The notes under the pieces are model-generated. The model did no database searches. It had not been told where the DNA came from and saw only the letters and a list, made by a program, of their open reading frames with translations. A stretch of DNA of 64,000 nucleotides from an uncultured Actinomycetes bacterium (GTDB taxonomy: Bacteria > Actinomycetota > Thermoleophilia > RBG-16-64-13): positions 32,001 to 96,000 of the forward strand of contig CAVPLM010000008.1 of the NCBI GenBank assembly GCA_963706025.1, written 5' to 3'. Of this stretch, positions 32,029 to 41,899 are shown one piece after another. The translations under genes and the position numbers were made by a program. Each line of letters opens with the position of its first letter. Position 1 is the first letter of the stretch.

Positions 32029-33564
32029 TCACGACGAGGAGGCCCGGAAGTGTCTCCCGTCTTTGTGACACATCAGTTGCACGACCTGGCGTCCGGTCAT
32101 CACGCCCGAGGGCAGGCCCCCTCCGGGCGAGACCCACTGGCCGGCCATGTAGAAGGCATCCAGTCCGGGCAGCGTCTTGCGCAACTCAGCGGTGAGGTTG
32201 GCCGGGGTGGGCAGCCACCCCTCGAAGCTGGCGCGCCAGTTGCCGGTGAACCGCTCCCAGGTGGCGGGGGTGGCGACGTCCACCATCTCCACCAGCTCTG
32301 CCAACCCTGGGAATCGTCGGTCGAGGGTCTTCACCAAAGCATCGGCGATGGCCTTCTTCTCCTGTTCATAGCGCCCGCGATCTTGCGATAGCTCTCTCCA
32401 GTAATCGTAGTCGGCGGTGATCAGGCAGGTGATGGCGGTCTTGCCCGCGGGAGCCAGCGTGGGATCGTAGTTATGGAGATGGTAGGTCAGACGGTCGACG
32501 GTGGTGTTCCCGATCTGGATGGACTCGGTCAGGCCCAGAGTACACCCGCTCGCCAGCCGAGGCTCCTCAGGGAAGGTCCGGTTCACCCCGATGCCTACGA
32601 ACACCAGGGGCGGGAAAGGTATGAACTCCTTGAACCACCCGCGCACGGTGTCGTCCACGTAGCGACCCTGCAGCATGTCGAAGATGGTGGCGTGACCGTC
32701 AGCTGCGGATACCACCACGTCTGCTCGTTCCTCGCGTCCGTTGGCGAGACGGAGACCAACGGCGCGATCATTCTCCACCAGGATCTCAGTCACTCGGGCC
32801 CGATAGTCAATCTCTCCGCCCAATGCCCTGAACCTCCTCTCCACCGCCTCCGCCAGCGGCATGGATCCCCCGATGGGGTAGCCGGCCTGCCGGCCGTGAA
32901 ACCACGCCAGGGTCTGGAGGAGCGCGAAGGCCGACATCTCGGGGATCATGAGATCCCGGAAGGCTGCACGAAGACGCGGGTTTCGGACCCGTTCCACGAA
33001 TTGGGCCATGGTCAGGCTGTTCCACCTACGAAGCGGCCTCATGACGCGGAGCAGCCGGGGCATCAGACGCAGCGTGGTGCCAAGGCCCATCAGCTCTCGA
33101 GGCGGCAGGTCGGAGGGCAGCTCGGTACGGGCCATGCGCTTGGCGTCGCCCAGGAATCTCTTGAGCAGTTCGGCGTCTTCCGGAGCCACCTCGATCAGGT
33201 GCGTCAGGAGACGGTCGAGATCGGCGTAGAAGATGATGCTGGGGCCATCAGGGAACTCCGCCCTGGTGAACTCATCGAGGTCGATGATCTCTAGGCCTTG
33301 GATCAGGCCGACCTCCTGCCACAGCTTGTAGAAGTCGCTTCCCGGCCGAGAACCGGTGAGCCAATGGATGCAGGCGTCAATGGTGTAGCCATTGCGAGTC
33401 CAAGCGGTGCAAAGGCCGCCGGGCTTCGTGTGCATCTCGTAGATGTGGGCCCGGTATCCGTTCATCTGGGCGTAGCAGCCGGTGCACAGGCCGGCGATGC
33501 CCGCCCCGATGACCGCTACGCTTGGGCCGGTCGTGCCGTTTGTCGAGCCGGTTTTATCGGTCAT
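32029..33564 (-). CDS. Phytoene desaturase-family FAD oxidoreductase
   Basis: VIGAGIAGL, PGGLCTAWTRNGY, DVATPATWERFT, YMAGQWVSPGGG. Confidence 0.92.
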   Translation of the reverse strand: MTDKTGSTNGTTGPSVAVIGAGIAGLCTGCYAQMNGYRAHIYEMHTKPGGLCTAWTRNGYTIDACIHWLTGSRPGSDFYKLWQEVGLIQGLEIIDLDEFTRAEFPDGPSIIFYADLDRLLTHLIEVAPEDAELLKRFLGDAKRMARTELPSDLPPRELMGLGTTLRLMPRLLRVMRPLRRWNSLTMAQFVERVRNPRLRAAFRDLMIPEMSAFALLQTLAWFHGRQAGYPIGGSMPLAEAVERRFRALGGEIDYRARVTEILVENDRAVGLRLANGREERADVVVSAADGHATIFDMLQGRYVDDTVRGWFKEFIPFPPLVFVGIGVNRTFPEEPRLASGCTLGLTESIQIGNTTVDRLTYHLHNYDPTLAPAGKTAITCLITADYDYWRELSQDRGRYEQEKKAIADALVKTLDRRFPGLAELVEMVDVATPATWERFTGNWRASFEGWLPTPANLTAELRKTLPGLDAFYMAGQWVSPGGGLPSGVMTGRQVVQLMCHKDGRHFRASSS

Positions 33565-33612
33565 CGCGTCCCCCTGAGGTCGGCGTGGCCCCGTGCGGTT
33601 CTCCAGCAGTGG

Positions 33613-33957
33613 TCAGTCCGTCTCCTCTTCCACGATGGCGGCGAGCCACCATCTTTGCGCCTTCTGTTTTGATCGCGGCTGCCGGTCGAAGTAGATGTCC
33701 ATCTGGGTTCCGTCGGTGACCTCTACTCGGAACCAGTGCCTACGGACGTACTGTTCCCCGCTCCCATGCCGGCACGGCCCGGCCGTCTTCCACTTGTCGA
33801 TCACCCTCGTCACGTCGTACTGGGTGCCACGCCATACAAAACGTGTGGGTAATCCCGGCTCGCCGGTGCACATGGATGAGGTGTCAAACGAAGCCTCAAC
33901 CGGGGTTATAGCCTCGGATATGAAGTGCTTGCGATTCAGAGCAGCCGAGTCTGTCAC
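33613..33957 (-). CDS. DUF6504-like protein
   Basis: FISEAITP, GEPGLPTRFVWRG, YVRRHWFRV, IYFDRQ. Confidence 0.75.
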   Translation of the reverse strand: MTDSAALNRKHFISEAITPVEASFDTSSMCTGEPGLPTRFVWRGTQYDVTRVIDKWKTAGPCRHGSGEQYVRRHWFRVEVTDGTQMDIYFDRQPRSKQKAQRWWLAAIVEEETD

Positions 33958-34014
33958 TCACCCTCCCAGGTTACGGCTTCACGCAATGACTTCTTTGATC
34001 ATACCTCCCTGTTG

Positions 34015-34270
34015 CGCGATCTTCCGAGAGGCTTTCGGAATGAGCGCAAGCGACTGGCTGCGCACCGGCAGCAAGTCACGCAGCAAAGATAGGAAAGGCG
34101 AAAGCAACGGAAGCCAAGGGGTCCGCAAACAACGAGAAGCAACTGCTCCTGCCTTGCGTATCCTTGATCCTGTCTCTAAAAACTGGTCGTGGAGGTTGGC
34201 GATGGAAGCGGGTCAGGTAAAGATCGAGGTCAGAGACGTTCCCGAGATGCATGTGGCCTACCTGCGCCAC
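34015..34270 (+). pseudogene. Internal remnant of an AraC + GyrI-like regulator
   Basis: FREAFGMSASDW (end of AraC HTH), linker, IEVRDVPEMHVAYLRH (start of GyrI domain); both ends missing. Confidence 0.65.
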
Positions 34271-34555
34271 AGATTGGGACGCGCAAGCGCCGGCGCAAAG
34301 ATGCACCGACACGCATGTGCGAACGATCGGGGGATCCGTGAACGTCCGCAGGCTGATCGTCATCCCTGCTACCGCGCTTCTCTGTGGCTGCGTATTCGTG
34401 GTAGCCGGGTGCATGACTCCCGAGAACCTAGCTGAGCTGACCACGACCACCGCGGCACCAAGTGTGTCCGGAACGCCCCCTATCGGGCCCCGCAGCATTT
34501 CTGGGCCCGTGGGTGTAGCGTTGGCCTTGTATCTCACTCAAAGGAGGGGACGGCA

Positions 34556-34909
34556 ATGGAACTGATAGATGCCCTGCTGGGAGACGTTCCCATGCTCGTG
34601 GCCACTGGGACCATAGACCACAGCACGTGCGGTGTTCTGCAGGCGGCCCTTCACCGAAGACTCGAGTCCCGCCATAACATCGTCTTCCTGGATCTCAGCA
34701 ACGTCACCCATATGGACGACGCCGGTCTCTCGGTCCTCCTCGCCTGGGTGCAGGCCTTGCACGGGAGAGGATGGCTGGGGGTGATCGGGCCAAACGTCGA
34801 CGTCCGCCGCCTTCTGGAAGGCGAGGGGTTCCTCGTCCATCCGAACGTGCGCGTCTTCGAAACCAGGCAGGCGGCTCTCGTTGCCACGGGGGAGAGGCAA
34901 AGCACGTAA
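34556..34909 (+). CDS. STAS domain / anti-sigma antagonist, copy 1
   Basis: ATGTIDHST, VFLDLSNVTHMDDAGLSVL; AAGGAGG RBS. Confidence 0.85.
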   Translation: MELIDALLGDVPMLVATGTIDHSTCGVLQAALHRRLESRHNIVFLDLSNVTHMDDAGLSVLLAWVQALHGRGWLGVIGPNVDVRRLLEGEGFLVHPNVRVFETRQAALVATGERQST

Positions 34910-34990
34910 CCAAGCGGGATCAGCGAAGCTTGGCATGGACCGTCCGCGTCGACACCCGGGACAGAATGAACGGAATGAGACGGACGCCAA

Positions 34991-35023
34991 GGCCGGGTTT
35001 CCGCGTCTTCGGGGCGAGTTCGG
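34991..35023 (+). repeat. Truncated module
   Basis: GGCCGGGTTTCCGCGTCTTCGGGGCGAGTTCGG. Confidence 0.75.
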
Positions 35024-35103
35024 CCCCACCCGTCCCTTTCCCTGCGCCGCCTCCCAGTGACCGCCAAAGCGCGCTATCTTTCGTGGTTGAAAGGAGATCG
35101 CTG

Positions 35104-35712
35104 ATGAATGCGGACGGTAGACCGACGGTCAGACCGGCTCGAAGCGAGGACGTGTACGGGTACGTGGAAGTCCTCGTCCGGGCTTTCCCTGACAAGTTCA
35201 AGGCCATATTCGGAGACGACGCCAACGGGGCGACGGAGTCAATCGTCGACCACTACAGACCCCTCGACCGATACCCGGGGCACTATGTCGCCGCGCATGG
35301 CGCCGAAATACACGGCGTCCTTCATCTCGCCACCACGGAGGGCGGCGGGCCGGGATGGAAGGGGATGCTGCCGTTTGTGCGGAGGCTGGGGATCCTGCGG
35401 GGCCTCCGGGCCGTCATCGCGCTGTCGATTCTTGGCAGCAGAGTGAAACCGGACGAGGCCTACGTCGCCCATCTTGCCGTCGACCCGGGTCTGCATCGGC
35501 AAGGACTCGGGGCGATGCTGCTGGAATGCGCCGAGCAAAGAGCGCGTACCTTGGGCAAGGCGAGACTCACCCTCTACGTAGCCGGTGGCAACGATGCGGC
35601 CAGAGAACTCTATCTCGCCCGGGGCTTCCGCCTGGTGAAGACGGACAAGAGCGAGATCACCAGGCGGCTGGTAGGAATCGGACTCTGGGAGTACATGATC
35701 AAAGACCTATAG
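35104..35712 (+). CDS. GNAT family N-acetyltransferase
   Basis: YVAHLAVDPGLHRQGLGAMLL, NDAARELYLARGF. Confidence 0.9.
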   Translation: MNADGRPTVRPARSEDVYGYVEVLVRAFPDKFKAIFGDDANGATESIVDHYRPLDRYPGHYVAAHGAEIHGVLHLATTEGGGPGWKGMLPFVRRLGILRGLRAVIALSILGSRVKPDEAYVAHLAVDPGLHRQGLGAMLLECAEQRARTLGKARLTLYVAGGNDAARELYLARGFRLVKTDKSEITRRLVGIGLWEYMIKDL

Positions 35713-35766
35713 AAGACGCCGAGGATAGCGTCCCCAGAGAGGTGAACCGGTACCGGCCTATTTGAA

Positions 35767-35840
35767 GGGGTTTCTTCAGATAGAGCCCAGTCGTAAAGGC
35801 CGGGTTTTCGCGTCTTTGGGGCAAGTCGGTGGCAAACTCG
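35767..35840 (+). repeat. Orphan module lacking the first repeat
   Basis: GCCCAGTC..GGCCGGGTTTTCGCGTCTTTGGGGCAAGTCGGTGGCAAACTCG. Confidence 0.82.
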
Positions 35841-35995
35841 GTAGCAGGGAAGGGAAAGAGACGGACGTGAAGGCACCGGACGATACAGCCCCCTCTCTCC
35901 GGTAGGCCGCCAGACAACCATGAACCTTTGCTCGGTTCCGCGCAATGGAGGACGCGCCTGCGTGGCCCCATCAGAGGCCGCGAGATGGGGGTCCC

Positions 35996-36592
35996 CTACC
36001 GCCCCTGCTGCTCTCGACCGCCCCTCTTCCTGACGAGAAGCCAGGGAAGCGCGAGCAGGATGACAGCCGCCGCACAGCCGACGAGGGTTCCCGCAAGAAC
36101 GCCGGGGACCCGAAAGCTAGTGGCGGCCAGGGCGATGAGCCCGAGCAGGGCGCCGGCGAGAGCGGTCAACCCCAGGTTCCGCAGCCACACTCCGACGACA
36201 CGGGTATCGACGAAGGCTGAGGATGGCAGTTGCCCCAGCCAGAGAAGGACTTCTGTCAAGACCACCAGACCGGCGGCGTACGCGATTATCGAGAAGGTGC
36301 CCGCCCGGCCGGTCGCTTCGACCACCACATATTCGGCCGCCAGGCTGAAGAGGGCGGGGCCTGCGAAGTGGATGCGGGAGAACAGAGCGAGCAGCGTGAA
36401 AAGCACGCCAACGGCTCCGAGCGCCGTCACAGCCGGGACTAGGCTGCCGGCGCGCACGATGGGATAGGCGACGAGGGCGCCGGCCATGACGACCGCCACT
36501 GCCCCCAGCCCTATGCGAATACGTATCGCGCGAAGCGACGGAATGCTGTCACCTCCTCCACTACAGCCGCGAGAGGGGCTCGGCCGTCCCAC
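35996..36592 (-). CDS. Membrane protein, last gene of the MoxR operon (start uncertain)
   Basis: Multiple hydrophobic helices; abuts or overlaps the DUF58 gene. Confidence 0.65.
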   Translation of the reverse strand: MGRPSPSRGCSGGGDSIPSLRAIRIRIGLGAVAVVMAGALVAYPIVRAGSLVPAVTALGAVGVLFTLLALFSRIHFAGPALFSLAAEYVVVEATGRAGTFSIIAYAAGLVVLTEVLLWLGQLPSSAFVDTRVVGVWLRNLGLTALAGALLGLIALAATSFRVPGVLAGTLVGCAAAVILLALPWLLVRKRGGREQQGR

Positions 36593-37779
36593 TCGAGGAC
36601 CGCGACCCCCGACTGCTCGAAGCGAAAGCGCATGGCATCTCGCCAGAGACGCCAGAACCGGGCAGCGAGAGCATCCAGAGAGTCTGTACTGTCGCCGACA
36701 TATGCCAGCGGCGAGATCTCGATGACCACCAGGTCGAACCCCCGCCGGCGCAGGTTGAGCAGCGCGTGCAGGCCCCGCTCGTCCAGCAAGGGGGTGAGGG
36801 CGATGACCAGAGCCTGCGGCGTCAGGCAGCGGGACGGCAGCGCATCGATGTCCTTCCAGGCGAACGAGAAGGCGATCTCTGTCTCAAGCAGAGCCTCGAT
36901 GATCCGATAGTGCTGGACGCTGCCGCTGCTCGGGGTGAGCCAGCGCACCAGGCCGCCGAAGCTGACGAATCCGACACGGTCGCGTACCGACAGGTAGTGG
37001 CTTGCCAGCGAGGCAGCGGCCCGGACGGCGACATCAAGGGTGCTCTCATCGTGGCCTCTAGCCTCCGCAAAGCTGTCGACGAAGATGATGACGTCGCTGT
37101 TGCGCTCGGGATGCTGCTCGTTCACATACAGGGTCTGATGCAGGGACGAGGCCCGCCAGTTGACGCGACGCGGGCGGTCACCGGGCGCGTAGGACCTGAT
37201 GTCGGCGAACTCAATGCCCTCGCCGCGGGCTCGGGCCACCCGGTTGCCGGCAAAGGGCTGCGTGTCGAAGGGCTTCACCAGGGACCGGAGCCGCTCGGTC
37301 CGCGGGTAGACCTGGAGTAGCGAGTGGCCGCGCACGCGGGCGTCCATGAAACGGAGGCCGGCCGCGTCACTCACGCGCCAGATGGCGTCGCCGAGCTTAT
37401 AGGCCCCCCAGCGGTCGCACGTCAGGCGAAGGGGTACCCGCCGCTCCTCCTCCGCGTCCAGCGCGAGCAAGAACGCAGCCTCTCCCACGGCGAGCCTCAC
37501 ACCGTCGGGAAGGGAGAAAGAAAGGTAGAGGGCCGGGGTCCTGGACGATGCGTGGGCAACCAGTTCTGCCTCTACCTCGTCACCTTCCAGCACCCGCTCC
37601 TTCTTGGCCTCGAGCGTCGCCCTGACGATGCCCGGCCGGGGCGACGCAAGGCCGAGGACGAGAACGAGGGCGAACGGCGCGCCCAGCGCCGCTAACTCGG
37701 GGCGGCCGAGCGCGAGTGCCAGAAGAAAGACGACCGCGGCAAAGGCGCCATAGATGACCAGCTTGGGGGAGCGCTTCAT
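36511..37779 (-). CDS. DUF58 domain protein
   Basis: GEGIEFADIRSYAPGDRPRRVNWRAS; DRVGFVSFG. Confidence 0.92.
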   Translation of the reverse strand: MKRSPKLVIYGAFAAVVFLLALALGRPELAALGAPFALVLVLGLASPRPGIVRATLEAKKERVLEGDEVEAELVAHASSRTPALYLSFSLPDGVRLAVGEAAFLLALDAEEERRVPLRLTCDRWGAYKLGDAIWRVSDAAGLRFMDARVRGHSLLQVYPRTERLRSLVKPFDTQPFAGNRVARARGEGIEFADIRSYAPGDRPRRVNWRASSLHQTLYVNEQHPERNSDVIIFVDSFAEARGHDESTLDVAVRAAASLASHYLSVRDRVGFVSFGGLVRWLTPSSGSVQHYRIIEALLETEIAFSFAWKDIDALPSRCLTPQALVIALTPLLDERGLHALLNLRRRGFDLVVIEISPLAYVGDSTDSLDALAARFWRLWRDAMRFRFEQSGVAVLEWDGRAPLAAVVEEVTAFRRFARYVFA

Positions 37780-38759
37780 CCGCGCGCCGGTTCTGCTTCT
37801 CTGGGTGACGGGGCGGGAACGGTGTCGAGCACTTCCCGGACGATCTCTTCCGTCGACACGCGCTGCACCCACTGCTCCGGCCGCAGGGTCAGACGGTGGA
37901 CCAACGCCGGCACGGCAACGTCCTTCACATCCTCGGGAGTGACGAAGTCACGCCCCTGAAGAACAGCTCGGGCCCGCGCAAGGGTGTACAGGGCCAGGGA
38001 GCCCCGAGGGCTCGATCCCACCTGGACGCGGCGGTTCTCCCGTGTCTGCCGGACGAGGTCGACCATATAGAGCCGGATGCTCTCCGAGACGTAGACTTTC
38101 TCGATGGTGCGCTGCATAGCCAGCATCGTGGCCGCGTCGATCACCGGGTCGAGCTCGATGTACTCCTGCCGACGCTCGCCGCGCCTCGCCAGAACAAGCG
38201 CTTCGTCTGCGCGCTCCGGATAACCGACGGATAGGCGGAGCAGGAAGCGATCGAGCTGTGCCTCGGGCAGCGGATAGGTGCCTTCGTATTCAATGGGGTT
38301 CTGCGTGGCGAGCACCAGGAAGGGCCGGTCCAGCCGGTGAGTGGTGCCCTCGATGGTGACCTGCCGCTCCTGCATCGCCTCCAGCAAGGCGGCCTGGGTC
38401 TTCGCCGGGGCGCGGTTGATCTCGTCGGCAAGGAGCAGGTTGGCGAACACAGGTCCGGGATGGAACTCGAACTCGCCCCGTTTCTGGCTGAAGATGGAGG
38501 CGCCAGTCACATCGGAGGGCATGAGGTCGGGGGTGAACTGGATGCGCCGGAACACCAGTGAGGTCGCCTGGGCGAATGAGCGGGCGATAAGCGTCTTGGC
38601 TAGCCCCGGAAGATCCTCGATCAACACGTGCCCATCAGCGAGCAGGCCGAGCAGGACCAGCTCGAGTACGGCTCGCTTGCCCACGACTGCGCGCTCGACC
38701 TCACGCAGGATCGCCGCCCCCAGCAAGGCGACTCGCTCGAACGCCAGGTCTTCCATCAC
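37776..38759 (-). CDS. moxR: MoxR family AAA+ ATPase
   Basis: GHVLIEDLPGLAKT, RIQFTPDLMPSD, LADEINRAPAKTQAALLEAM, YPLPEAQLDRF. Confidence 0.96.
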   Translation of the reverse strand: MMEDLAFERVALLGAAILREVERAVVGKRAVLELVLLGLLADGHVLIEDLPGLAKTLIARSFAQATSLVFRRIQFTPDLMPSDVTGASIFSQKRGEFEFHPGPVFANLLLADEINRAPAKTQAALLEAMQERQVTIEGTTHRLDRPFLVLATQNPIEYEGTYPLPEAQLDRFLLRLSVGYPERADEALVLARRGERRQEYIELDPVIDAATMLAMQRTIEKVYVSESIRLYMVDLVRQTRENRRVQVGSSPRGSLALYTLARARAVLQGRDFVTPEDVKDVAVPALVHRLTLRPEQWVQRVSTEEIVREVLDTVPAPSPREAEPARG

Positions 38760-39265
38760 AGGTTCTCCAGTTCCTCGACGAGTTGCTCGACTTCGTGCTC
38801 CGACCAGCCCGGGGCGGACCGGTCTGAGTCCGAGCGGTAGTCCGGCCGCACGAGTTCCCAGGCGCGCCCCTCCCCGAGGATGCCCGCCGCTCGGTCGGGC
38901 TCACGCTCCAGATCGACGCCGTAGCTCCGGGAGAGACGGGCTGCGACGATGTCGCGCACAGGGGTCCGCAGCCGGAAGTAGAGGTCCGACCGGCTGTAGC
39001 GGGCGATCGCGACCCAGAGCTTCACCGTCTCGAACTGCTCCGCGTGCGCCTCCGGCAGGGCGGGCGGGGGCAGCATCCTACGAAACTCCACGGCCAGGGG
39101 CAACACGCGCCGGAGCCGGCCGATGAGCATGGCGAACAGCAGCGCCACCAGGAAGATCACGTATGCGAGCAAGACCAAGCCCTGCGCCACCCCGGTGAGC
39201 ATGAGGGCGATGACGAGGGCAACCGTTGCAGCCAGTCCAAGCAAGGCTGCCTTCCAGATCTTCAT
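38756..39265 (-). CDS. Membrane protein of the MoxR operon
   Basis: Two TM helices; 4-nt overlaps with both neighbours. Confidence 0.8.
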   Translation of the reverse strand: MKIWKAALLGLAATVALVIALMLTGVAQGLVLLAYVIFLVALLFAMLIGRLRRVLPLAVEFRRMLPPPALPEAHAEQFETVKLWVAIARYSRSDLYFRLRTPVRDIVAARLSRSYGVDLEREPDRAAGILGEGRAWELVRPDYRSDSDRSAPGWSEHEVEQLVEELENL

Positions 39266-40173
39266 CCCACCTCTTCCCCCAGCTCATGCCGAAGCGTGAG
39301 GAGAGCTGCGGTCGCCTCTTGCTTCATGTCCTCATCGACCAGGTGGAGACTGAACCGGGCCCGCTCGTACAGTCGGGTGAGAGCCTCGGCCGGCGAGCGG
39401 CTGACACGGACCGCGCTCGACCAGCGGGCCAGATACTCAAGGGGAGCCTCAGACGGTCTCCGTGCCAGCCCGTGCCGCGACAATGCCTGTTCCATGCTCG
39501 CATAAGCGCCGATGACGGCTTTCCGCGGGTCGGGATCTTCTTCCAGCTCCTCCAGCGATGCTTCGACCGCAGCCAACAACTCTTCGCGTTCTGACGGTGC
39601 GCTCTCAGCCTCGACCTCAAGGCGACGGCGACGCAGCAGGACTGTCAGCAGCAGGCCGGCCAATCCGAACAGCGCCAGTCCCAAGAGGATCCACCAATGG
39701 ATGACGAAGGTCTGGGCCGCGGACTGATCGCTTCCCAAAGGGGGCAGGCCGACCGGCGGAGCGAAGCCGAGCGGAGTCGTGGAGCCATCACCTCCGTTCC
39801 GAGCGGCGACCCCGATGAACACCGCAAACAGCATCAGCGCTACGAGGCTGGCAAGAAGCCTCTGACCCCAGGAAGTGGGAGCACGCGCCTCGCCTCCGTC
39901 AATCCCTGATCTCCGCTTGCGGAGATGCGATACCCATATGTAGACCAGCAGGCAGAACTCCGCGACGAGGATGGCGCCCAGGATCACGAAGAGATCACCG
40001 AGAACGACGCGGGCATCGAGCAAAGTGCGCGAGGGAGAAACGTTGGCGAACGACCTGCGACTGCCGAGCGCGACCAGGAAGACCAGGGCGGCAGTGAGGG
40101 CTGTCAGCCACGCCTGTCTCGAAAGAGAGGATCGACTCGGTCCCGGCTGAGCGGTCCGTGACACTGCCTGCAA
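39262..40173 (-). CDS. DUF4129 domain membrane protein
   Basis: DPRKAVIGAYASME..RRPSEAPLEY..LTRLYERARFS. Confidence 0.88.
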   Translation of the reverse strand: MQAVSRTAQPGPSRSSLSRQAWLTALTAALVFLVALGSRRSFANVSPSRTLLDARVVLGDLFVILGAILVAEFCLLVYIWVSHLRKRRSGIDGGEARAPTSWGQRLLASLVALMLFAVFIGVAARNGGDGSTTPLGFAPPVGLPPLGSDQSAAQTFVIHWWILLGLALFGLAGLLLTVLLRRRRLEVEAESAPSEREELLAAVEASLEELEEDPDPRKAVIGAYASMEQALSRHGLARRPSEAPLEYLARWSSAVRVSRSPAEALTRLYERARFSLHLVDEDMKQEATAALLTLRHELGEEVG

Positions 40174-40325
40174 ACCTCCTGGTCCGGCGTACGTTGTCTA
40201 CGCCCCTACTTAGCGGCCCCGAGAGACCACCACCACAATGGGACAAAACGGTGCCTCTGTCCAGAGGGTTGCCCCTGTCACGGGGGTACCTGGCACTAAG
40301 CCTGGGACAAGGGGGCGCCAGCGCC

Positions 40326-40379
40326 CGAAAACCGTTGTGCCGCGCAAGCGGTACCGGGGGTTCGAATCCCCCCTCTCCG
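40326..40379 (+). repeat. tRNA-Ser 3' fragment starting exactly at the anticodon
   Basis: CGAAAACCGTTGTGCCGCGCAAGCGGTACCGGGGGTTCGAATCCCCCCTCTCCG. Confidence 0.93.
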
Positions 40380-40513
40380 CTTGGGCGCAGGTATTCTTCG
40401 AAACGAGCCGGTCCACCTCGGGCTTAGGGCGGCCGATTCTCGAAAGCCGAGGCGGTCCCCTGTTGAGCCCGACACGGCTTGAGCAAGAACTCGCTGCCGC
40501 CTAGTCCTGCCGC

Positions 40514-41707
40514 CTATTCCTCGGGCGGCAGATCGATCACGTTCGTCGGAGTGCCGTGCGCCGCCATCAGGTCGAGGAACGGTCTGGGGTCGATCCGCTC
40601 CGGGGGGAACACACCCCTATTCGTGATGAGACCACGGATCAACATGATGGCTGCACAGGCTGCGGGAATGCCGGTTTGGAACCCCGTCCCCTGGACTCCG
40701 TACCGCTCGAAGGCCTCGTCGTGTGAAGTCGCCTGGTACATGAACCGGCGCACCGGCCTGCCCGCGACGGTGCCTTCGGCCAACGTGCCCACGCAGGCCG
40801 TGCCGTGCATCTTGCCGATCAGGTCCACTGAGCGCGGCAGGCGTGAGACCAGTAGGTCCAAGGGCCGGAACCGGGCCCCTTCAAACTCGATGGACTTGTT
40901 ATGGGCGAACCCGAGCTTGCTCCACACCTGTAGCAGGTTCACCCATTCATCCGCCAGGGCGATGAAGAAGTCGGCGTTTCTCAGGCCTTTCCCCGACAGG
41001 TAGAGCGGCATCAGTTGCGATTCCTCGTGGTCGACATTCCACACCTTCAGCCGGCCCACAGGCTCCGGGAATTCGAAGTGTCGCCAAACGGTCATGGGGT
41101 CCCGCCGGACAAGGCGCCCGTCCTCGAAGGCGTGCGGTGGCAGGATAAGACATTCCTCCACCATGGTACTGGGGGAGAAGCTGGGCGCGAACTCCACTCC
41201 CTCGACCGTGCTGTTGTCGCCGTCGAAGACCGTCAGCGCCTCCAGCGTGTCGAACTGGTCGTAGAGCGCCCGCGCGAATACGTCGGATGCTCCCGGGTCC
41301 ATGCCGAAGAACACTAGACCGGTCAGTCCCCGGCGCTTGAAGTCGCCGTTAAGCGCCAACTCCTCGTCCACATCCGCCGTACCGACAATGTCTCGGGGCC
41401 CAGCCGCGGCCATGTCCAGGTAGTGGGTCCCGGTTTCCAGACAGGCGTTCATGACGTCCAGGTTGTACTCAGGTATCAACGCGTTTATCACCAGGTCCAC
41501 ATCGGCCAGAGCGGCCACGAGAGCTTCGGCATCCTCCACATCCAGAGGCCGTAGCTCTACCTTGCCCGCAGCAAGCCGGGGCGCCACCTCGGCCAGCCTC
41601 TGCTCGTCGATATCGACGAGCACGACCCCGCTCACCTCGGGGATCGAGGCCAGGGTACGCGCGGTGACTTCGCCGACCGAGCCGACGCCGAGCTGCAGCA
41701 CTTTCAT
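40514..41707 (-). CDS. Saccharopine dehydrogenase / carboxynorspermidine synthase-like protein
   Basis: LGVGSVG, VMNACLETGTHYLDMA, GMDPG, FPEPVG..DHEE, QTGIPA. Confidence 0.88.
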   Translation of the reverse strand: MKVLQLGVGSVGEVTARTLASIPEVSGVVLVDIDEQRLAEVAPRLAAGKVELRPLDVEDAEALVAALADVDLVINALIPEYNLDVMNACLETGTHYLDMAAAGPRDIVGTADVDEELALNGDFKRRGLTGLVFFGMDPGASDVFARALYDQFDTLEALTVFDGDNSTVEGVEFAPSFSPSTMVEECLILPPHAFEDGRLVRRDPMTVWRHFEFPEPVGRLKVWNVDHEESQLMPLYLSGKGLRNADFFIALADEWVNLLQVWSKLGFAHNKSIEFEGARFRPLDLLVSRLPRSVDLIGKMHGTACVGTLAEGTVAGRPVRRFMYQATSHDEAFERYGVQGTGFQTGIPAACAAIMLIRGLITNRGVFPPERIDPRPFLDLMAAHGTPTNVIDLPPEE

Positions 41708-41899
41708 GGTTCACCTCCGTGGACGGAACGATCCTGCGCCCTAACAATACGCCTGCGCACTTGCTAACGTCGGCGCGATGGTGTCTGATGGGGATGCTCA
41801 GATCCGCTTACCAACGGGCGGTGTTCTCCGCGCCACATGTGGCCTGGAGAGCTTCATCTGCCGCACGTATGCAAGCGCTCCAACTGATGGGAGGCGACC

